Origin: Candidatus Omnitrophota bacterium
GTDB lineage: Bacteria; Omnitrophota; Gorgyraeia; 2-01-FULL-45-10
Length of the DNA stretch: 61,753 nt
NCBI GenBank assembly: GCA_043798375.1
Contig: JAZDOS010000038.1
Span: 1 to 61,753 of the forward strand
Direction: 5' to 3'
The position numbers were made by a program, and so were the translations under genes. This document shows, piece after piece, positions 55,973 through 61,753 of the stretch. Each line of letters opens with the position of its first letter. Position 1 is the first letter of the stretch. The notes below the pieces were generated by a model that saw only the letters and a list, made by a program, of their open reading frames with translations, was not told the DNA's origin and made no database searches.

Positions 55973-55987
55973 GGTTTCGCTATGCCT

Positions 55988-56038
55988 GTAATTTATCCTG
56001 ATAAATTACTTGACAAAAGCAAATTGTCATGGTAGATT
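55988..56038 (+). promoter_or_regulatory. Putative promoter with adjacent palindromes
   Basis: GTAATTTATC-CT-GATAAATTAC dyad; TTGACA-N17-TAGATT. Confidence 0.55.
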
Positions 56039-56047
56039 TATAATATC

Positions 56048-57187
56048 ATGAAGATATTGAAAAGATTATTGAAAATCGATCTTCCAAAAGGCAAGTCCGC
56101 CTTTCTCTGGGGCCCGAGAAAGGCGGGAAAGACCTATTGGATCAGGCATCATTTGAAAGACGCCTTAATTATAGATCTTCTAAAGACCGATGTGTTCGCC
56201 GAATATGCCGCCAGGCCCTCTCTTTTAAGGGAACGGCACGGAGACGAAAAAAGGCTGATAGTGATAGATGAGGTTCAAAAAATACCCATTCTGCTTGACG
56301 AAGTGCATTGGCTTATCGAGAATAAGGGGCTTTCTTTTCTGCTCACCGGTTCAAGCGCGAGAAAGTTGAGGCGGGGACACGCGAATTTACTTGGAGGAAG
56401 GGCGTGGCGTAAGATTATGACCCCGCTATCCATGCTCGAAGTCGATTCGATCGACTTGGAAAGAATTATGTATTCCGGCCTTTTGCCGCCTCATTACCTA
56501 TCCCAGGATCCAACCGAGGATCTTCGCGCCTATGTGTCGGATTATTTGAAAGAAGAGATTTCGGCGGAAGCGCTTGTCGGGAACATTCCGGCGTTTTCGG
56601 AGTTTTTAAGAGTAGCCGCCATAACCTCAAGCGAGCTCATTAATTATGTTAATATAGCGAGGGAGACGGGCGTATCTCATAGGGTTGTCCGGAATTATTT
56701 TGACATATTGGAAGATACCTATTTGGGGTTCCGGATACCGCCATGGCGTAAATCAAAGACCAGGCGTATGATACTTACGGAGAAGTTCTATCTTTTCGAT
56801 GTAGGAGTGGCCAATTATCTGGCGCGGCGGCGCCCCATGATAGGAAGCGCCGAATTCGGAAAATCTTTTGAGCATTATATCCTGATGGAACTGCGGTCCT
56901 ACCAGGTTTATAAAGATCCGGACATTCCTATATCTTTTTGGAGGACAAGCGCGGGGCAGGAAGTGGACTTTATATTAGGCGACATGGAGACGGCCGTCGA
57001 AATAAAAGGCTCCAGCCGGGTCCATAACGGCAATCTCCGGTCCCTTATGGCGTTAAAAGAGGACGGGCCGGTCAAGCATATGATAGTGGTTTCTCTCGAA
57101 AGAGAGCCGAGAAAGATCGCGCCCAACGTCGAGATTCTGCCATGGCGGATCTTTATCGAGAGATTGTGGAATGGAGATTATTGCTAA
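56048..57187 (+). CDS. AAA+ ATPase (AAA_14 + DUF4143-like), paralog of 48440-49603
   Basis: GPRKAGKT, DEVQK, LDEVHWLIEN, GSSARKL, GHANLLGGRAWR shared with the first copy. Confidence 0.85.
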   Translation: MKILKRLLKIDLPKGKSAFLWGPRKAGKTYWIRHHLKDALIIDLLKTDVFAEYAARPSLLRERHGDEKRLIVIDEVQKIPILLDEVHWLIENKGLSFLLTGSSARKLRRGHANLLGGRAWRKIMTPLSMLEVDSIDLERIMYSGLLPPHYLSQDPTEDLRAYVSDYLKEEISAEALVGNIPAFSEFLRVAAITSSELINYVNIARETGVSHRVVRNYFDILEDTYLGFRIPPWRKSKTRRMILTEKFYLFDVGVANYLARRRPMIGSAEFGKSFEHYILMELRSYQVYKDPDIPISFWRTSAGQEVDFILGDMETAVEIKGSSRVHNGNLRSLMALKEDGPVKHMIVVSLEREPRKIAPNVEILPWRIFIERLWNGDYC

Positions 57188-57188
57188 A

Positions 57189-57560
57189 ATGAAAAAACCA
57201 CGGATAGTAGCGATCGATGACGAGGTGGACTTTATTACGATGCTCGAGGATTACTTCAAGCCGAGGGGATACGATATCGATGTGGCGATACGCGGCGCGA
57301 AGGGCATCGAGATCGTGAAAGAGAAGAAGCCGGATGTGGTTTTGATTGACCTGAAGATGCCCGGCATTGACGGCGACGAGGCCCTGAAACTGATAAAGTC
57401 GATGGATCCGTCGCCCCAGGTCATTTTTGTAACGGCGTATGACGACGGCGGGAAGACCAAAGCGCGGCTTTTGAAGATGGGCGCGTACGCCTATTTCGAT
57501 AAGCCGATCGCGTCATTAAAGGAGCTGGAAGAAACTATTAACAAAGCGGCAAGCCGGTAA
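57189..57560 (+). CDS. Single-domain response regulator
   Basis: DDE, DLKMP, TAY, KP. Confidence 0.9.
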   Translation: MKKPRIVAIDDEVDFITMLEDYFKPRGYDIDVAIRGAKGIEIVKEKKPDVVLIDLKMPGIDGDEALKLIKSMDPSPQVIFVTAYDDGGKTKARLLKMGAYAYFDKPIASLKELEETINKAASR

Positions 57561-57572
57561 CCGAAAAGGGGT

Positions 57573-57938
57573 ATGGGTATGCGTAAGTTGTTAGTAGTGG
57601 ACGATGAGAAGGAAATCTGCGATTTCATGAAGAACTTTTTTCAGGAACGCGGATACGAAGTCTTCATTTCTCTGAGCGGCGAGGACGCGCTGGAGGCCAT
57701 CAAGAAGGACAAGCCCGATCTCGTATTACTCGACATTAAAATGAAGGGCATGGACGGGATTGCCGCGTTGAAGCATATCAAGGATATGGACAAGAAGATA
57801 AAAGTCGTTATGGTCACCGCGCTCGAGGATCAGGAGAAGATGAACGAGGCATGCAAACTCGGAGCGTGCGAATATATCACAAAACCGCTTATGCTCGACC
57901 ATCTGGAAGAAGCCGTCGAGAAGAACTTTAAAATCTAA
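57573..57938 (+). CDS. Single-domain response regulator
   Basis: VDDE, DIKM, TA, KP. Confidence 0.9.
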   Translation: MGMRKLLVVDDEKEICDFMKNFFQERGYEVFISLSGEDALEAIKKDKPDLVLLDIKMKGMDGIAALKHIKDMDKKIKVVMVTALEDQEKMNEACKLGACEYITKPLMLDHLEEAVEKNFKI

Positions 57939-57950
57939 AGGAGATGATTA

Positions 57951-59336
57951 ATGGCAAAGAACAAAAAGGCGCCGAGCTGGGATAAGCTCCACAATCTTTT
58001 CGTCGAGAAATCGATAGACCGGAGCGGCAATCTCGTGCCGCTCGATGCCGGCAAGAACGCCGTCGACGGCGCCCAGAGGGGCGCCGCAAACAACGCAGTG
58101 CCCAAATACGACTATCAGGCGTTTCTCGAGCAGGCGTCGCGCACGATGATAAGGTTCAAGAAGCCGGAGCACCTTATCAAGATGATAGTGCGCACTATCG
58201 ACGAGCAGCTTCACGTTACCCACACGGCGGTCCTGTTATTCAAGGAAAACAAGCACTCATATATATTGATCGATTCAAAAGGCACCGAAGGCGTCAAGAT
58301 ACCGATAGGATTCATAAAATTGGCGGTGGAAAATCCGCTCATCAAAGTATTCAGCGATAAGGAGAGCTATCTTATTTCGGAGACCGGCATATTAAGGTAT
58401 GAGGATATTATAAACGGCCTGAGGAACAGGGAAGTCCTCGAGAAACAACCCAACCTATACGACAAATTGCTCCTGATAAAGAGGCAGATGGACCTTATTA
58501 AGGCGAATCTATGCGTGCCGTGTTACTTCAAGCGGGAACTTCTCGGCATTCTGGTCCTGGGTGATAAGATTTCGGGAGAGAGCTTCAGCCGCGAGGAGAT
58601 GGGATTTTTTGTTACGCTGGCCAATGACGCCGCTATGGCGATCGCGAATACGCTGTTGATCGAGAACCTGCAGACCAAGATCGAGGAGATCAAAGAGCTG
58701 TATGTGCGCGAGCATAGGATTTTCATCCACACGGCAATAGCGATGGCCGCCGCGATAGACGCGCGCGACCCTTACACGCACGGCCATACGGAGCGCGTGA
58801 CGAATTACTGCATCGCCGTCGCGAAGGAGCTCGATGGCATTCCCGAAATGGCGAATTATAAGAATTTCCGCGAGACCCTGCAGATCGCGGCGCTCCTGCA
58901 CGACATAGGTAAGATCGGCGTCCCCGACCATATATTGAACAAGCACGCCTCGCTCGCCCCGGAGGAATACGAAGAGATAAAGAAGCATTCGATAATAGGC
59001 GCGACGATCCTGCATCCGATCAAGGAACTGAGCGACGTGGCGCGAGAGGTCCGCCACCACCAGGAATGCTACGACGGCTCGGGCTATCCGGACGGGCTGA
59101 AGGCCAACGACATCCCGCTCATCGCCCGGATCATCTCCGTTTGCGACGCCTTCGACGCCATCACGACGAACCGGCCGTATAAGAAGAAGAAGACGATTGA
59201 AGAGGCGATCGCGGAGCTCAAGCGCTGTTCCGGGTCGCAATTCGATCCGGTTGTGGTGAGCGCGTTCCTCCTGGCGTTCGAAAAGGGCAACATCCTTCCG
59301 AACAAGGATAATCCAGGCAGTTACAAGAACTGGTAA
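57951..59336 (+). CDS. GAF + HD-GYP phosphodiesterase
   Basis: YTHGHTERV, LHDIGK, HQECYDGSGYPDGL, RPY, GSQFDP. Confidence 0.9.
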   Translation: MAKNKKAPSWDKLHNLFVEKSIDRSGNLVPLDAGKNAVDGAQRGAANNAVPKYDYQAFLEQASRTMIRFKKPEHLIKMIVRTIDEQLHVTHTAVLLFKENKHSYILIDSKGTEGVKIPIGFIKLAVENPLIKVFSDKESYLISETGILRYEDIINGLRNREVLEKQPNLYDKLLLIKRQMDLIKANLCVPCYFKRELLGILVLGDKISGESFSREEMGFFVTLANDAAMAIANTLLIENLQTKIEEIKELYVREHRIFIHTAIAMAAAIDARDPYTHGHTERVTNYCIAVAKELDGIPEMANYKNFRETLQIAALLHDIGKIGVPDHILNKHASLAPEEYEEIKKHSIIGATILHPIKELSDVAREVRHHQECYDGSGYPDGLKANDIPLIARIISVCDAFDAITTNRPYKKKKTIEEAIAELKRCSGSQFDPVVVSAFLLAFEKGNILPNKDNPGSYKNW

Positions 59337-59461
59337 TGATTGCGGAAATTTCCAACTATATCTAACTTTTTTATAATCTTACCTAGTTTCATAATTCCTT
59401 TAATTACAATAAGTTACAATCCTTATATATTAAATTTTAAGAGACTAAAAACCAAGACCCC

Positions 59462-59489
59462 TTGACACTTGCGGATCTTGTGGTAAGCT
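59462..59489 (+). promoter_or_regulatory. Putative sigma70 promoter
   Basis: TTGACA-N16-TAAGCT with TGn extension. Confidence 0.5.
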
Positions 59490-59538
59490 TTAAGTACTTA
59501 AAAACTTATTCTCGCTTGGCAGAAAGTGGTGAGAATAA

Positions 59539-59778
59539 ATGAAGGTTCTGGTCACCGTCAAAAGAAGCCCCGCGCACAGCTACTTAATCCACCTCTTTAC
59601 CAAAAATCTGATCAGGGAAATCCGCAAACTTATCGATAATAATAATCATCACAGGGCGTGTGCCTTCGCCCTGGCGAGAGGTGTTGTTGTCAGGGAAGTG
59701 CTGCGCGATGAGATTCCTAATGTGCATGCCGACCTGATCCTGTCGGAAAATAACGCGAGGTGGGACCTGACCCCTTGA
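59539..59778 (+). CDS. Small hypothetical protein
   Basis: 79-aa ORF downstream of the promoter and bracketed by a 16-bp direct repeat; no recognised motif. Confidence 0.55.
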   Translation: MKVLVTVKRSPAHSYLIHLFTKNLIREIRKLIDNNNHHRACAFALARGVVVREVLRDEIPNVHADLILSENNARWDLTP

Positions 59779-59860
59779 TTAGGCATTCTGATTATGGCAA
59801 AAAAGGATAAAGAAAGTTAAATGTAACATAGATCGCTTGGCAGAAAGTATTGGGTGGGTT

Positions 59861-61675
59861 ATGGTCATCCCGGATAAATTAAGATTGGCCTTCAGGATAA
59901 TCTCGGCTTGTGTTGCCGGGATTTTTTTATTCCAGCAGATCGCGTGGGCAGGCGATCTAATCGAGGTTACATTAGATAGACAAGCCCAGGCCCAGGCCGA
60001 GACCTTTGCGCCAGCTTACCTTAAGAATCAGCAGGTAAAGCAGGAAACCCTGATAGTTCAAAAACAGGACATAGAAGATTTCCTTAATGCCAATCTCCTG
60101 TCAACCGATACCAAAGTAACCCCCATAGAAGAAACCCTTCCCCTTAAAGGCCCGATGTCGACAGAGGGCGCGCCTGTTTTACAGGCCGCTGCCGCATCAG
60201 GAGGTGAATCTCCCCAGGGCTCAGGCGGGGACCCTCAATCCGATTCGATTCTTTCGATAATCACCCAGGCTGGCGACATAATTCATTATAAGGATGGCGT
60301 GATCGACTACGTCGAAAAGAAGAATGAGGACGGAAGCTTCACCGTCATAAGGCGCATCGCAGGGCTTGATTTTGTAGATGGCTCCAATAACCTTCTAAAC
60401 GCCGAAATAACATACCCCGACAACACAATAGAAGAGGTTAGGGGCGGCAGGGTCGAGGCGATAACCGCGCCGGACGGGGCCATTTATCGTTACAACACCG
60501 ACGAACTGATTAAATATGTTCTCTATAAGGATAAGACTATAACCATCTATACCTATGGTAAAGACCGGGAAGGAAAAGACGAGACTAAGTTGGAAGACTA
60601 CCTAAACGGCTCCTATGCTATAGAGGAAGACTTTAGCATTACGATATTGCCGTTGGAAGAAGGCTCGGAAGAATTGCACAAGCCGGAAAAGACGGTACGA
60701 TACAACGATACGGGTAAATTAAAAGAGGTAGTGTTTAAAACGGGTAAGACAATTCTATACGACAGCGGAATGATCTCGTATCTTAAAGATGAAAATGGGA
60801 TTGAATACTTCTTTGAGAACAGGACCGAATCCGACGGCATTACGGAGATCGGCATGTCAAAGATTGTGAATGCGGGTGAAACCACATACGTTACATTCGA
60901 CGGCGAAGGCAATGTCGTTATAAGCCCTGATGAAGGTGTTGGCGGTTTAAGAGGCGCTTACGACGCTGCGGGCTCTCTCATAATGGTAGACGACCACGGC
61001 ACGATCGTCACCAAAGAATACCTGGACATACAAAATGAAACGGTCATCGCGCCTATCGAGAACGAGTGGAGCCGTTGCAGGAATAACTCCTTACACTATG
61101 CCGGTATCTTTTTCAGTAAGATGTCCGCGTGCGATTACTGGACAGATGTTTGCTGGGGAAATCATCCATTACCCGGCGGAATATCGCACCAGGAGGCATG
61201 GGCAAATCGCGCGAAGGCGGAAGATGAGTTAGAAGCGGCAAGAGCGGATATGGATGCCGCATATGCGCTTGAGCGTCCTGCCAGGGAGGCCAGCCGCAAT
61301 GCGTTTATGGAGCTTAAACCGTATCTTGATATCTTCTGGAAATTCTCCGGAAAGTTATCGGGTAATGACTCAATCACCGATGCGCCGTTTTTAAAGGTTC
61401 AATATAAAAGCGACGGAAGCATAAACGAGGTTCAGAAAGTAGACGGTACAATTCAAACTTATACCAATGGCTTAATGGACAGCATTTTAAATGGCTCAAT
61501 ACTTACCTTGTATACCTATAATTTAAGTGCGTTAAACAACATAAATGAGATAACGGTAGACCGCGATGGGATAAAAAGGATTTATGATGCATATGGCGAT
61601 CTTAAGACTTTAAGTTTAGAAAACCGGCCAGAAACCCCCGCCCTTTCAAGGGCGGGGATGAATGGCCGCCCGTAG
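59861..61675 (+). CDS. N-terminal part of a large secreted protein with YD/RHS-like beta repeats, probably truncated
   Basis: Signal-like FLFQQIAWA; repeated Y-x-x-(D)G motifs; the last codons come from a GC-rich hairpin. Confidence 0.6.
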   Translation: MVIPDKLRLAFRIISACVAGIFLFQQIAWAGDLIEVTLDRQAQAQAETFAPAYLKNQQVKQETLIVQKQDIEDFLNANLLSTDTKVTPIEETLPLKGPMSTEGAPVLQAAAASGGESPQGSGGDPQSDSILSIITQAGDIIHYKDGVIDYVEKKNEDGSFTVIRRIAGLDFVDGSNNLLNAEITYPDNTIEEVRGGRVEAITAPDGAIYRYNTDELIKYVLYKDKTITIYTYGKDREGKDETKLEDYLNGSYAIEEDFSITILPLEEGSEELHKPEKTVRYNDTGKLKEVVFKTGKTILYDSGMISYLKDENGIEYFFENRTESDGITEIGMSKIVNAGETTYVTFDGEGNVVISPDEGVGGLRGAYDAAGSLIMVDDHGTIVTKEYLDIQNETVIAPIENEWSRCRNNSLHYAGIFFSKMSACDYWTDVCWGNHPLPGGISHQEAWANRAKAEDELEAARADMDAAYALERPAREASRNAFMELKPYLDIFWKFSGKLSGNDSITDAPFLKVQYKSDGSINEVQKVDGTIQTYTNGLMDSILNGSILTLYTYNLSALNNINEITVDRDGIKRIYDAYGDLKTLSLENRPETPALSRAGMNGRP

Positions 61676-61718
61676 CGGAGCCAGCTAGCGAAGCGTGCTT
61701 TAGCTGGCGGAGCGAAGG
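61626..61718. mobile_element. IS200/IS605-like end hairpin or related palindromic element
   Basis: CCCCGCCCTT-TC-AAGGGCGGGG (61636-61657), then CCAGCTA...TAGCTGG (61681-61707); no transposase visible in the window. Confidence 0.45.
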
Positions 61719-61753
61719 AATTTGTGGCATAATCTGGCCATGGTCAGATACTG

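Noticed and set aside
59833-59853. Sigma54 promoter in TTGGCAGAAAGTATTGG
   Set aside because: The GG-N10-GC spacing is not met in either copy.
101-61377. Many minus-strand and alternate-frame ORFs, e.g. 4389-5159, 10740-11618, 30229-31158, 41861-42502, 58509-59240
   Set aside because: They overlap well-supported + strand genes and show no recognisable motifs; they are shadow ORFs.
1-61753. tRNA or rRNA genes
   Set aside because: No cloverleaf with a T-loop and no rRNA-like tract was recognised in the intergenic regions; tRNAscan-SE would confirm.

Overview
A 61.7 kb bacterial chromosomal window. Every credible gene is on the + strand. Gene content and fusions suggest a diderm PVC-type organism, possibly Omnitrophota (inference only). 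Bases 1-39 kb are mostly housekeeping: leuA, aroE, a prepilin peptidase broken by one amber codon, aroC, aroK, galT, dprA-topA-xerC, an LPS block (waaA, lpxK, LpxL-ELM1 fusion, GT4/GT9 enzymes), a ychF-like gene, PPIases, pdxA, rsmA, gatCAB, an S41 protease, tsaD, a four-helix-bundle gene, mgtC, bactofilin/HTH genes and larBC. Next comes an AT-rich island with a LexA-DNA methyltransferase fusion and a restriction endonuclease. Bases 43-59 kb hold a type II FAS/PKS-like cluster (inactive CLF-like KS, FabG, ACP, FabZ, two active KS, methyltransferase, flavoproteins, desaturase-like oxidoreductase) interleaved with a 7TM-GAF histidine kinase, two receivers and a GAF-HD-GYP protein. The window ends in a large secreted protein that appears truncated. 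Three signals stand out. (1) Five copies of a tiny element, YCCCGTTAGA...TCTAACGGGR with a 4-bp target duplication. It either inserts in frame in conserved proteins (GatB, TsaD) or lands on ATG start codons and rebuilds a GTG start, with an RBS-like motif in the two frameshifting copies. (2) Inverted 7-nt-period repeat arrays that flank the four-helix-bundle gene, occur empty elsewhere, and appear as in-frame tracts in coding genes. (3) A putative lipid-signal synthase plus receptor locus with an AT-rich swapped sensor segment and cassettes bounded by direct repeats, resembling pherotype-variable quorum sensing. All calls come from reading motifs by eye; no searches were run.
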